NCBI GenBank assembly: GCA_964016885.1
Contig: OZ024748.1
Span: forward strand, 35,898,001 to 35,962,000
Direction of reading: 5' to 3'
From: Eledone cirrhosa
Taxonomy: Eukaryota
DNA length: 64,000 nucleotides
The first letter of the stretch is position 1; each line of letters starts with the position of its first letter. This document shows, one piece after another, positions 30,259 through 43,458 of this stretch. Under the pieces are notes generated by a model that was given only the letters and a program-made list of their open reading frames with translations, did no database searches and was not told the DNA's origin. The translations under genes and the position numbers were made by a program.

Positions 30259-30305
30259 CACAGTTCGATGACTCTCTATTGAGATGAAACTGATCAGTAA
30301 CTGTG
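30259..30305 (+). ncRNA. Degenerate hammerhead (core TCGATGA)
   Basis: cacagt-TCGATGA-ctctc tatt gaga t-GAAAC-tgatca-GTA-actgtg; all stems intact, core altered. Confidence 0.65.
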
Positions 30306-30428
30306 AGACATTCTACACTCTATACCTACAATATATACACATACATACATTTCTCTCTCTATATATGTAATTATCTATAATCTCTCTATATATAAATGTA
30401 GGTGTGTGTATATATATATATATAATTA

Positions 30429-30463
<35 letters not shown>

Positions 30464-30530
30464 TATTTATATATAGACATATATAGATAGATAATTATAT
30501 ATTCACACACACACACACGCATACACACAC

Positions 30531-30611
<81 letters not shown>

Positions 30612-30999
30612 TACATACATATATATACTGTAACTAACAACTAACACGAGTAGAGTGCTGGACTGAAAGTTTGAGATTTAATTAGTACAAATTATGCCGA
30701 TATATTTGTTTGTACGGCTGATCCACTGACGACAATAATTTCAATTTATCTTAGTATAGATATTGATGAAAAGGAAACAGGGCATGTTTGAAAGGCAAGA
30801 CTCCGTGTGATTAATAAGCAAAGTATCTCAGTAGAACTGCACTCAACATGTGGCAATTTACAGTTTCAAATATACATCAGTGTAGTGGAGTTGCTGTGTG
30901 TTGGGTAATAATTATGGCAGTTTTTATATAAAGCATCATGGATTCAGCTCTGTCTGTCTGTGTGTCTGTGGGTGGGGGCTGGGGGAAATACTGGTTTAG

Positions 31000-33541
31000 G
31001 ACAGACATTGATGGAGGTACATGGTACAGTGTTCAAACATGTGGTACGACAAAGAAGGGTGACATGACGTGGTACAGTGTTCCAACATGTAGTACGAGAG
31101 GGAAGGGTGATAGGACGTGGTACAATGATCCAACATGTGGTACGACAGAGAAGTGTGACAGGACGTGGTACAGTGATCCAACATGTGGTACGACAGAGAA
31201 GAGTGACATGACATGGTACAGTGTTCCAACATGTGGCACGACAAAGAAGGGTGACAGGGCGTGGTATAGTCATCCAACATGTGGTACAACAGAGAAGGGT
31301 GTCAGGACGTGATACAGTCATCCAACATGTGATACGACAGAGAAAGGTGACCGGTCGTGGTACAGTGATCCAAGATGTGGTACGATAGAAAAGGGTGACA
31401 GGACGTGGTGCAGTGTTATTAACATGTGGTGCGACAGATGAGGGTGACAGGACGTGGTTCAGTGAGCAACATGTGGTACGACATAGATTGATGGAGGAAC
31501 ATGGTATAGTGTTCCAACATGCGTTATGACAGACATTGATGGAGGAACATGGTACAGTGTTCCAACATGTAGTACGACAGAGAAGGGTGACATGACGTGG
31601 TACAGTGTTCCAACATGTGGTACGACAGAGAAGGGTGACAGGACGTGGTACAGTGTTCCAACATGTGGTACGGCAGAGAAGGGTGACAGAACGTGTCATA
31701 ATCATCCAACATGTGGTACGACAGAGAAGGATGTCAGGACATGGTGCAGTGTTATTAACATGTGGTACGACAGATAAGGGTGACCGGGCGTGGTACAGTG
31801 ATCCAACATGTGTTACGATAGAGAAGAGTGACAGGACGTGGTTCAGTGTTCTTAACATGTGGTACGACAGAGAAGGGTGGCAGGACGTGGTTCGGTGATC
31901 CAATATGTAGTACGACAGAGAAGGGTGACCGGACGTGGTACAGTGTTCTTAACATGTGGTACGACAGAGAAGGGTGACAGGACGTGGTACAGTGTTACAA
32001 CATTTGGTACGACATACATTGATGGAGGAACATGGTATAGCGTTCCAACATGTGCTATGACAGACATTGATGGAGGAACATGGTACATTGTTCCAACATG
32101 TGGTACGACAGAGAAGGGTGACAGGGCGTGGTACAGTGTTCCAACATGTGGTACGACAGAGAAGGGTGACAGGGCATGGTACAGTGTTCCAACATGTAAT
32201 ACGACAGAGAAGAGTGACATGACGTGGTACAGTGTTCCAACATGTGGTACGACAGAGAAGAGTGACAGGACGTGGTACAGTGTTCCAACATGTGGTACGA
32301 CAGAGAAGAGTGACAGGACGTGGTACAGTGATCCAACATGTGGTACAACAGAGAAGAGTGGCAGGACATGGTACAGTGATCCAACATGTGGTACGACAGA
32401 TGAGGGTGACAGGACGTGGTACAGTGTTCCAACCTGTGGTACGACAGAGAAGGGTGACAGGACGTGGTATAGTCATCCAACATGTGGTACGACAGAGAAG
32501 GGTGTCAGGACGCGCTACAGTGATCCAACATGTGTTACGACAGAGAAGGGTGGCCGGGCGTGGTACAGTGATCCAACATGTGGTACGATAGAGAAGAGTG
32601 ACAGGACGTGGTGCAGTGTTCTTAACATGTGGTACGACAGAGAAGGATGACAGGACGTGGTTCGGTGATCCAACCTGTGGTACGACAGAGAAGGGTGACA
32701 TGACGTGGTACAGTGTTCCAACATGTGGTACGACAGAGAAGGGTGACAGGACGTGGTACAGTGTTCCAACATGTGGAACGATAGAGAAGGGTGACATGAC
32801 GTGGTATATAGATCCAACATGTGGTACGACAGAGAAGGGTGACCGGACGTGGTACAGTGATCCAACATGTGGTACGATAGAGAAGGGTGACAGGACGTGG
32901 TGCAGTGTTATTAACATGTGGTACGACATAGAAAGGTGACAGGACGTGGTACAGTGTTGCAACATGAGGTACGACATACATTGATGGAGGAACATGTTAT
33001 AGTGTTCCAACATGTGATATGACAGACACTGATGGAGGAACATGGTACATTGTTCCAACATGTGGTACGACAGAGAAGGGTGACAGGACGTGGTACAGTG
33101 ATCCAACATGTGGTACGACAGAAAAAGGTGACATGACGTGGTACAGTGTTTCAACATGTAGTACGACAGAGAAGGGTGACAGGACGTGGTGCAGTGTTCC
33201 AACATGTGGTACGACAGAGAAGGGTGACAGGACGTGGTACAGTGATCCAACATGTGGTACGACAGATAAGGGTGACATGACGTGGTACAGTGTTACAACA
33301 TGTGGTACGACAGAGAACGGTGACAGGACGTGGTACGGTGATCCAACATGTGGCACGACAAAGAAGGGTGACATGACGCGGTATAGTGATCCAACATGTG
33401 GTACGACAGAGAATTGTGACAGGACGTGGTACAGTGATCCAACATGTGGTACGACAGAGAAGGGTGACAGGACATGATACAGTGTTCCAACATGTGGTAC
33501 GACAGAGAAGGGTGACATGACGTGGTATAGAGATCCAACAT
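31000..33541. repeat. 48-bp minisatellite, ~50 units
   Basis: Consensus gacgtggtacagtgatccaacatgtggtacgacagagaagggtgacag, with 50-bp and gacattgatggagg variant units. Confidence 0.95.
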
Positions 33542-34070
33542 ATTGTGCCCCTCGACACTTGACGGTCAAAGTGAAAGTGAAGCGAAGTGTATATATATAC
33601 ACACACACACACAGACAGACACATACATACAGACACACACACATACACACATATATATATATACATATGAATGTGTATATGTGCGTGTGTTTATATGTTT
33701 ACGTGAATAGACGACCATAGACATGTGTATAATTGTATGTATATAAATAAATATTTATTTAATCTTTAATCTGAGAAGTAACACATACAGAAACCCATCT
33801 ATACACACACGTATAATACACAATATATAAACACACATAGTATATAATATATACACACATACAACATATAAGATACACACATACAATATATAAAATATAC
33901 ACACATACAATATATAGAATATACACACATACACTATATAACATATACACACATACACTATATAACATATGCACACATGTATTATGTGTTTATATTGAAA
34001 GAAATCAGGCAATTATGGATCTGTGATTAAAGGATACTATGAACTTATTTAGAATATATATATATCGATG

Positions 34071-34190
<120 letters not shown>

Positions 34191-34933
34191 TTATATATAT
34201 ATATGTATACATATATATACATATATATACATATATATAGAGAGAGATTTACATCAACATATAATCACACATAGACTTATGTATACATATACATTTATGT
34301 GTATATTTGTACATCTATATATGTGTGTATGCACCCGAATCTCCATACATACATACATGCACACACCCACACATATATATATATGAACCACCGGATTGGT
34401 CATAGCGCTGCTCCAATGAAAGTTCTATTAGTTGTATCAGATATCAGCAATTCAATATGGAAGACATGTGTGTGATGAGACAGACGACTTCTGCTTTTGT
34501 TTTGATGAAATCCAACGAGACTTCAGACGTTTGTGATATTGGAAACATGATTTACTTCCGGTCAGGTTATCCAAATGAAGATCAATGACTTTTTATGATA
34601 CAGTCTTTATATAAACAATAGATATCCCGGAAATTGTTCTCTAAAGAAGACCAGAGTTTGAGGTAAATATCCTCCATCAAATAACAGTGTACAACTGTCT
34701 CCGAATACTAACACAATATCATTCGTAGAATTATTGCAATGGCGTTTGTGTAACGGTCTTGTGTTTCGTCAGTAAATGTTTTACAGTCTACGATATCTGT
34801 AATGTCAAGTTTTACATAATGGCGGTATGTATAACCACAGAGAAATTATGTAAGTTAGGAGGGAAAAGATGTTGAATATATGAACGAGGGGGAAAGGTTT
34901 CACTGATGTTGACGTCTCTCTCTCTCTCTGTAG

Positions 34934-34982
<49 letters not shown>

Positions 34983-35499
34983 TATATCTATATGTTTATG
35001 TAAATAAATGCAGATACACAAATAAGAATATATAGATTTAATTATAGCATGACCAACTAACACAGATAGAATTACACGTACACACGGATATTGGATGGAA
35101 TATATATATATATATTTCGTTTCTGAATTTGTTTAGCAAGATTCTTTATCTGAAAACGTGTGTTGAAACCGATATTGTTATACTTTTGGAGGGTCATGTT
35201 GCCAATAAGAAACACACGCACCAGTTGCTTTCACTTCAATTTATTATAATAAATTTATAAATTTAGGAATTTATAAATTCCTTAGTAAAATAAGTTGGAT
35301 TACTTTGAATAAATAATTAATGAATATTACATAATTTATCTACTAAATTTCGTGGCTGTTCATTAAATATATTTTATTACCGATTTAAAGATTCACTTCT
35401 TTAAAATGTTCAAATGTTAACACTTCCGGTTAGCGATGGTTTCAATAAATATTCATATATTTCTGTTACTAATTTTATCCTAATGCAGTTTATATATAA

Positions 35500-36013
35500 C
35501 TAGCAGTGGAACCCGGCGTTGGACGAGATAAGGTATTGTGAAATATATAACCACCTTAGCTAAGCTTAGTATTGCCACAACCACGACTGGCAAAGAAGTA
35601 AGGGTCTGATGGTACGTAAGTAAGCAACACTGTGGCTTAAAACGGGAGGAAGAAGGTGTGTGCACTTACCAACTGTTTGGGGAATGAGTGTGAGATTTGT
35701 CTTGAGCAAAGGTGGCGGAATAACCGGAGGCAGCAGACAGCCAGACATACAGACAGATATTATAAGGGCGCGACGTTATATGTATGTATCTATCTAAAAA
35801 GAGAAAGACTAAGAATTATAGAGAGAGACGCTAAATTGCCTAATGCGTTCCCTAGGGCATTGAAAACTTGAAATCTTTTTTGCTCAGAATACTCCCTAAA
35901 ACATAAGTATTACATGTGTAAAGTTTGAAAACAGACGGTTGGGTGCTTCTCGATTTTAAGGGATTCAAACTCACACACACACAGACAGACATCCTCAGTT
36001 TTATATATATAGA
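35500..36013 (-). mobile_element. Non-autonomous Helitron
   Basis: Minus strand starts TCtatatatataaaactgaggatgtctgtctg and ends with a GC-rich hairpin-like tract followed by CTAG. Confidence 0.7.
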
Positions 36014-36058
36014 CTAGCAGAAAACCACCCGGGGGGGGGGGGGGCGGTTTTCTGCTAG

Positions 36059-36310
36059 TCTATATATCTAAAACAGAGAATGTCTGTCAGCTCACTAAAA
36101 CTTGAGAACCATCCAACCGATTGTTTTCAAACTTTAGACATGTAATACTTATGGTCCTTGAGCAAAAATTATTTCAAATTTTCAATGCCCTAGGGACTGC
36201 ATTAGGCGATTTAGCGTTCTCTCTATATAATTCTTAGTCTTTCTTTTTAGATAGATACATAGATATAACGTTGCGCCCTTATAATATCTGTCTGTATGTC
36301 TGGCTGTCTG
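36059..36310 (+). mobile_element. Helitron 5' half, mirror image of 35750-36013
   Basis: TCtatatatctaaaacagagaatgtctgtc...; diverged reverse complement of the adjacent element. Confidence 0.65.
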
Positions 36311-36526
36311 CATTACGTCATTATGACGCGCTCAGTGTGTGTGTATATATATATATGTATCGTAATGCAGACAGCAAGCCATAGCTTTCCTTCCCCTCTT
36401 CCAGCGTCTCTCTCTCTCTCCCTCCCGCTATCCCCCTCTTGTAGTCTGTCTCTTTCTTTCACTCTCACTCTCTCTCTGCGCGTCGGACAGACAGACAGAG
36501 AAATTGCTGGTTATATATTATAAGGA

Positions 36527-36805
36527 GATATCGTCTTTTTTTAAATGTAACATGGATTACGTTACTGATTACATAAGAGAGTGTAACACAGACTTCGTTC
36601 AATTTCTGTGTATATTGTCAATTACGATTTTATTTGATGTATCATATCTACATATACCTTAACGGTATATATATATATATGTAGATATGATACATCAAAT
36701 AAAATCGTAATTGACAATATACACAGAAATTGAACGAAGTCTGTGTTACACTCTCTTATGTAATCAGTAACGTAATCCATGTTACATTTAAAAAAAGACG
36801 ATATC
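36527..36805. repeat. Perfect palindrome (~130-bp arms)
   Basis: gatatcgtcttttttt...tctacatata and its reverse complement. Confidence 0.92.
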
Positions 36806-36973
36806 TATATATATAAAACTGAGGATGTCTGTCTGTGTGTGTGTGAGTTTGAATCCCTTAAAAAAGACAACCTTAACGGTTGGAGCTTCCTGGATAACTA
36901 TCCAGGAAGCTCCAACCGTTAATTTGTCTTTTTTTCCGGGTATGTCAATATTTATTTATAAAACAAATCTGTA

Positions 36974-37035
36974 TTTTATCTGATGAAAGCGCACCATAAT
37001 TTGCCTTGGTTGCCCTTGAAATATGTATAATAAAA
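36974..37035 (+). ncRNA. Type I hammerhead (family A), preceded by a terminal hairpin at 36861-36935
   Basis: ttttat-CTGATGA(36980)...GAAA-tatgtata-ataaaa. Confidence 0.8.
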
Positions 37036-37270
37036 TAAATATGGTTTTATAAATATAGTTTCCATTTATTAATATATTGTATATATATATATATATATAT
37101 ATATGTAAGTGGAAAGGATATTTAATTTGTTGGAAATTCAACAAATATAAATGTTTATAACTGATTCAGAGCACTCGACCTTGGGTAGTCAAATATTGAC
37201 TACCCAAGGAATTCAACTGATAAGGTATGTTTTCCTTGGCTATGTCAAAATTTATAAAACACTCTTTGTA

Positions 37271-37328
37271 TTCTATCTGATGAAAGCGTACCAAAGTTTT
37301 TGGTACCCTTGAAATATATATAATAGAA
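37271..37328 (+). ncRNA. Type I hammerhead (family A) with compensatory changes
   Basis: ttctat-CTGATGA-aagcgtacca..tggtaccctt-GAAA-tatatata-atagaa. Confidence 0.88.
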
Positions 37329-37369
37329 TAAATATGGTTTTATAAATATAGTTTCCATTTATTTAATAT

Positions 37370-37407
<38 letters not shown>

Positions 37408-37461
37408 TCTGCATGATGAATATAAGTCAATAGAGTGCTCAACCGAGGGAGCCAAATAGTA

Positions 37462-37650
37462 ATTGTTTCTACTTTAGGCACAAGGCCAGCAATTACCCAG
37501 TGCATTACTGGTACTTTATTTTATCGACCCCGTAAGGATGAAAGGCAAAATCAACCTCGGCGGGATTTGAACTCAGATCGTAAAGGGACGTAACTATGCT
37601 GGAAAGCATGGCGTCCGACCCTCTACCGATACTGCCAATCCACCGCCAAA
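37462..37650 (-). mobile_element. Nin/Deu-domain SINE
   Basis: Reverse complement of the 6895-7085 copy. Confidence 0.8.
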
Positions 37651-37724
37651 TAGTAATGATAATAAATTTGAAGACTAAAAACCCAAAGAGGGCTCGATAA
37701 GGATAAATATATATCAAATATATA

Positions 37725-39118
37725 TGGTGGTGGTAGTGGTGATTGTGGTGTGGTGGTGGTGGTGTAGTGTGGTGGTGGTGGTGTAGTGTGGTGGTGGTGG
37801 TGTAGCGGTGGTGGTGTTGTGTGGTGGTGGTGGTGTAGTGTGGTGGTGGTGGTGTAGTGTGGTGGTGGTGGTGTAGTGTGGTGGTGGTGTAATGTGGTGT
37901 AGTGGTGGTGTGGTGTGGTGCTGGTGTGGTGGTGGTGGTGGTGGTGGTGGTGTGGTGGTGTAGTGTGGTGGTAGTGGTGGTGGTGGTGGTGTGGTGGTGG
38001 TGGTGGTGGTGTGGTGGTGGTGGTGTAGTGTGGTGGTAGTGGTGGTGTAGTGTGGTGGTGGTGGTGGTGTAGTGGTGGTGGTGGTGGTGCGGTGGTGGTG
38101 GTGTGGTGGTGGTGGTGGTGGTGGTGTAGTGTGGTGGTAGTGGTGGTGTATTGTGGTGGTGTAGTGGTGGTGGTGATGGTGTGGTGGTGGTGGTGTGGTG
38201 GTGGTGGTGGTGTAGTGTGGTGGTGATGGTGTGGTGGTGGTGGTGTAGTGTGGTGGTGGTGGTGTAGTGTGGTGGTGGTGGTGTAGTGTGGTTGTGGTGG
38301 TGGTGGTGTAGTGTGGTGGTGGTGTGGTGGTGGTGTAGTGTGGTGGTGGTGGTGTGGTGGTGGTGGTGTAGTGTGGTTGTGGGGTGGTGGGGTAATGTGG
38401 TGGTGGTGTAGTGTGGTGGTGGTGGTGTAGTGTGTTTGTGGGGTGGTGGGGTAATGTGGTGGTGGTGTGGTGGTGGTGGTGTAGTGTGGTGGTGGTGGTG
38501 TAGTGTGGTTGTGGGGTGGTCGGGTAGTGTGGTGGTGGTGTAGTTTGGTGGTGGTGGTGTGGTGTAGTGGTGGTGTAGTGTGGTGGTGGTGGTGTAGTGG
38601 TGGTGGTGGTGGTGGTGGTGGTGTGGTGTAGTGGTGGTGTAGTGTGGTGGTGGTGAAGTGTGGTGGTGGTGGTGTGGTGGTGGTGGTGTGGTGGTGGTGG
38701 TGGTGTAGTGTAGTGTGGTGGTGGTGGTGGTATAGTGTGGTGGTGGTGGCGGTGGTGTGGTGGTGGTGGTGTGGTGGTGGTCCTGTAGTCTGGTGGTGGT
38801 GTAGTGTAGTGTGGTGGTGGTGCTGTGGTGGTGGTAGTGGTGGTGTGGTGGTTGTGGTGTGTTGGTGGTGGTGTGGTGGTGGTGGTGTTGGTGGTGTTGG
38901 TGGTAGTAGTGGTGGTGGTTTGGTGGTGGTGGTGCAGTGTGGTGGTGTACTGTGGTGCTGGGGTGGTTGGGTAGTGTGGTGGTTGTGGTGTGGTGGTGTA
39001 GTGGTGTGGTGGTGTGATGTCGTGTGTTGGTGATATGGTGTGATGATATGGTATGGCGATGTGTTAGTGTGGTGGTGGTTTGGTGTGGTGGTGTGATGTG
39101 AGGGCGGTGTGGTGTGGT
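37725..39118. repeat. (GGT)n / GTGTAGT compound G-rich satellite
   Basis: Direct inspection. Confidence 0.95.
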
Positions 39119-39357
39119 TTGTGTTTATATTGTTCAGAGCAATCTAGAGGAAACCTTACACTGAACGCTGTTTGTCTTTTAACTTGAGAAACAATATGGA
39201 AGAAAGGAGGAGAAAGGAAACACACACACTCATATGTACATATACACGCATGCCTACCCACACACACACATGCACCCCCACACACACACACACTCACACA
39301 AATATTTATATGCACGTACACGCGTGCGAACACACACGCATATATATACATATAAAA

Positions 39358-39402
<45 letters not shown>

Positions 39403-39829
39403 CTTGCAAGCAGGGAAAAAGTGGACGTAAAATGAAATGAAATGAAAAAAAATGATATATATATATATATATATGAATATATATACAAAGTGCTAAAACG
39501 GTCAAATTTTAGTTTAGAACATTTATTTGCTGACAATTGTTTCTTCCAGAGGCAAGTCTGGATTCATCGGAGCATAGGCAATATCGAAACCTGTGACTAT
39601 AATCCTAGTCATTCAGATCATTTAGGGTACATAATTGTTGTTAGTGTCATAGACAGTCAGGAGTTAAAAAGATGTTATACTTGAGAGAACAGAATTACAG
39701 GCAGCACTGGTTGACAGTGTAAGAGGTATAAGTGAAAAGTACAGGCAACACAGTTATAAGCAAGGAAAAGTGTGGGGTAGGATAGACATAAGATATAAGA
39801 TATCTTAACATTGGAGAACAGTTAATGTT

Positions 39830-40935
39830 ATGGGTGTACAATGCAGGAGTTAAGTCAATAAGGCATGTATGGTGGTGGTGGTGGTGGTGGTGGTGGTGGT
39901 GGTGGTGGTGGTGTTCGTGGTGGTGGTGGTGGTGGTGGTGATGGTGTTCGTGGTGGTGGTGGCGGTGGTGGTGGTGGTGTACAATGCAGGAGTCAATACA
40001 GTCAATCAGGCATGCATAGTGGTGGTGGTGGTGTTGGTGTTGGTGGTGGTGATGGTGGTGGTGTTCGTGGTGGTGGTGGTGGTGGTGGTGGTGATGGTGT
40101 TCGTGGTGGTGGTGGTGGCGGTGGTGGTGGCGGTGGTGGTGGTGGTGTACAATGCAGGAGTCAATACAGTCAATCAGGCATGCATAGTGGTGGTGGTGGT
40201 GTTGGTGGTGGTGGTGGTGTTGGTGTTGGTGGTGGTGGTGGTAGTGGAGGTGGTGGTGGTGGTGGTGGTAGTGGTGGTGTTGTTGTTGTTGGTGGTGGTG
40301 GTAGTGGTGGTGGTGGGTGTTGGTGGTGGAGGTGGTGGTGGTGGTGGTGGTGGTACTTGTTGCTGTTGTGGTCGTAGAATATAGTGATGATGGTGGTGAG
40401 GAAGCCTTAGAACAGTAAGACATAATGTGTGTGTGTGTGGTAGTAAGACGTGTGTGTGGTAGTAAGACGTGTGCGTGGTATATGCGTGTGTGTGTGTAGT
40501 AGATGTGTCTGTGTGTGGCAGATGTGTGTGTGGTAGATGTGTGTGTGTGGTAGATATGTGTGTGTGGTGGTAGGTGTGTGTGTGTGTGGTAGATGTGTGA
40601 GTGTGTGTGTGTGGTAGATGTGTGTGTGTGTGTGTGTGGTAGATGTGTGTGTGTTTGTGGTAGATGTGTGTGTGGTAGTTGTGTGTGTGTGTGTGGTAGA
40701 TGTGTGTGTGTGTTTGTGGTAGATGTGTGTGTGTAGTAGATATGTGTGTGTGTGTTAGATGTGTGTGTGTGTATGTGTGTGGTAGATGGGTGTGTGTGGT
40801 AGATGTGTGTGTGTGTGGTAGATGTGTGTGTGTGTGGTAGATGTGTCTGTGTGCGTGGTGGTAGATGTGTGTGTGTGGGGTAGATGTGTGTGTGTGTGGT
40901 ACATGTGTATATGTGTGTGTGGTAGATGTGTGTGA
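39830..40935. repeat. (GGT)n tract with a thrice-repeated ~40-bp unit, then a GGTAGAT(GT)n minisatellite
   Basis: gtgtacaatgcaggagt..gtcaat.aggcatg at ~39834, ~39977 and ~40145; ggtagatgtgtg units at 40425-40935. Confidence 0.9.
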
Positions 40936-40999
40936 AACTTATTTAATAGTTTTTTGTCACTTCAACAATTTCTGGTGAAATTAAAACATTTTCTCAGTT

Positions 41000-42408
41000 G
41001 TGTTGGCAAACTTGGTTAAACCAGGTCTTGAACTGAAGCATGTGATCCGGTGTTGGCAATCTTGGTTAAACCAGGTCTTGAACTGAAGCATGTGATCCGG
41101 TGTTGGCAATCTTGGTTAAACCAGGTCTTGAACTGAAGCATGTGATCCGGTGTTGGCAATCTTGGTTAAACCAGGTCTTGAACTGAAGCATGTGATCCGG
41201 TGTTGGCAATCTTGGTTAAACCAGGTCTTGAACTGAAGCATGTGATCCGGTGTTGGCAATCTTGGTTAAACCAGGTCTTGAACTGAAGCATGTGATCCGG
41301 TGTTGGCAATCTTGGTTAAACCAGGTCTTGAACTGAAGCATGTGATCCGGTGTTGGCAATCTTGGTTAAACCAGGTCTTGAACTGAAGCATGTGATCCGG
41401 TGTTGGCAATCTTGGTTAAACCAGGTCTTGAACTGAAGCATGTGATCCGGTGTTGGCAATCTTGGTTAAACCCAGATCTTGAACTGAAGCATGTGATCCG
41501 GTGTTGGCAATCTTGGTTAAACCAGGTCTTGAACTGAAGCATGTGATCCGGTGTTGGCAAACTTGGTTAAACCCAGATCTTGAACTGAAGCATGTGATCC
41601 GGTGTTGGCAATCTTGGTTAAACCCAGATCTTGAACTGAAGCATGTGATCCGGTGTTGGCAAACTTGGTTAAACCAGGTCTTGAACTGAAGCATGTGATC
41701 CGGTGTTGGCAATCTTGGTTAAACCCAGATCTTGAACTGAAGCATGTGATCCGGTGTTGGCAAACTTGGTTAAACCAGGTCTTGAACTGAAGCATGTGAT
41801 CCGGTGTTGGCAATCTTGGTTAAACCAGGTCTTGAACTGAAGCATGTGATCCGGTGTTGACAATCTTGGTTAAACCAGGTCTTGAACTGAAGCATGTGAT
41901 CCGGTGTTGGCAATCTTGGTTAAACCAGGTCTTGAACTGAAGCATGTGATCCGGTGTTGGCAATCTTGGTTAAACCCAGATCTTGAACTGAAGCATGTGA
42001 TCCGGTGTTGGCAAACTTGGTTAAACCAGGTCTTGAACTGAAGCATGTGATCCGGTGTTGGCAATCTTGGTTAAACCAGGTCTTGAACTGAAGCATGTGA
42101 TCCGGTGTTGGCAATCTTGGTTAAACCAGGTCTTGAACTGAAGCATGTGATCCGGTGTTGGCAATCTTGGTTAAACCCAGATCTTGAACTGAAGCATGTG
42201 ATCCGGTGTTGGCAATCTTGGTTAAACCAGGTCTTGAACTGAAGCATGTGATCCGGTGTTGGCAAACTTGGTTAAACCCAGATCTTGAACTGAAGCATGT
42301 GATCCGGTGTTGGCAAACTTGGTTAAACCAGGTCTTGAACTGAAGCATGTGATCCGGTGTTGGCAAACTTGGTTAAACCCAGATCTTGAACTGAAGCATG
42401 TGATCCGG
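41000..42408. repeat. Homogeneous 50/51-bp minisatellite, ~28 units
   Basis: gtgttggcaa(t/a)cttggttaaa(ccagg/cccaga)tcttgaactgaagcatgtgatccg. Confidence 0.97.
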
Positions 42409-42467
42409 TTTCAAGTCAAACTTGTAGCTATGGTCACTTTTCTTTAGATCTATCATGTGCACCATTA

Positions 42468-42756
42468 CTGGAGGTGCCTGGCCTAGTGGTAAGAGTGTTG
42501 GACTTACGATCAGAATGTCGTGGGTTCGATTTCTGGGCTGCGCTGTGTGTTGAGCAAAGCACTTCATTTCACGTTGCTCCAGTACACTCAGCTGAAAATG
42601 AGTACCAGCAATAGCTGGGGGTTTAACCCTGCGATGGACTGGCGTCCTGTCTAGGGGGGAGTCATGTACTCTCAGTCGCTTCACGTCAGGATAAGCACCG
42701 ACCTAACGAGCCTTCTGGTTTAAGACGGACTTTAGACTTTAGACTTTAGACCATTA
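42468..42756 (+). mobile_element. Full-length tRNA-derived SINE with TSD
   Basis: A box tggcctagtgg, B box gttcgatttc, central domain ctcagctg..aatgagtacc, (gacttta)3 tail, TSD accatta (42461-42467 / 42750-42756). Confidence 0.9.
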
Positions 42757-43407
42757 GCAAGGCTATATGATTCAGAAATGTGCATTGTTATCGTTAGGTC
42801 CCGTGTTCGAACTCATTGCATGGTATCTTGGACAAGAATCATTTTATCCCAGCCATGGGCTGACCTTTGCATTGTCAATGAAATTGTGGAGACAGAAATG
42901 GTAAATTCTAGCCGACAGATCCTACACCCGCCAGTCTTGATGTCACTACGATCCTGGCTGTATATGTCAATCCTGTCCTGAAGACAATGAACAGAAGAGG
43001 TGACAGTACTCACCCCTTGGCAGAGTCTGACACTCACATTTCTACACTCTGAGTTCAAATTCCTCCAAACTCAATTTTGCCTTCCATCCTTTCGGGATCG
43101 ATAAAATAAAATATTGGTCTAAACCGGTGTAAAGGCAGAATTGTTAGTGTGGTGCTATTTGTTCCGGTTCTATGTGTTCTGAATTCTTGTGTGTTAGACT
43201 TCACTCTTGTCATCTGGGTAACCACCATCACCACCAACACTACCACCATCACTATCACACCACCACCACCATCATCACCGCCCCCACCATCAACACCACC
43301 ATTATCACCACCACTGCCCCCACCATCACCACCACTACCATCATCGTCACCACAACCATCACCACCACCACTACCCCCTCCCCACATAACCACCACCACC
43401 ACCACCA

Positions 43408-43457
<50 letters not shown>

Positions 43458-43458
<1 letters not shown>

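Noticed and set aside
37725-39118. Telomeric repeat
   Set aside because: Units are GGT/GTGTA, not TTAGGG, and the tract is internal.
39695-40423. Histidine-rich protein ORF
   Set aside because: Product of the (CAC)n/(GGT)n repeat.
41000-42408. CRISPR-like regular array
   Set aside because: No unique spacers, no cas genes, eukaryotic context.
42468-42545. tRNA gene
   Set aside because: It is the head of a SINE with a tail and TSD; no full cloverleaf.
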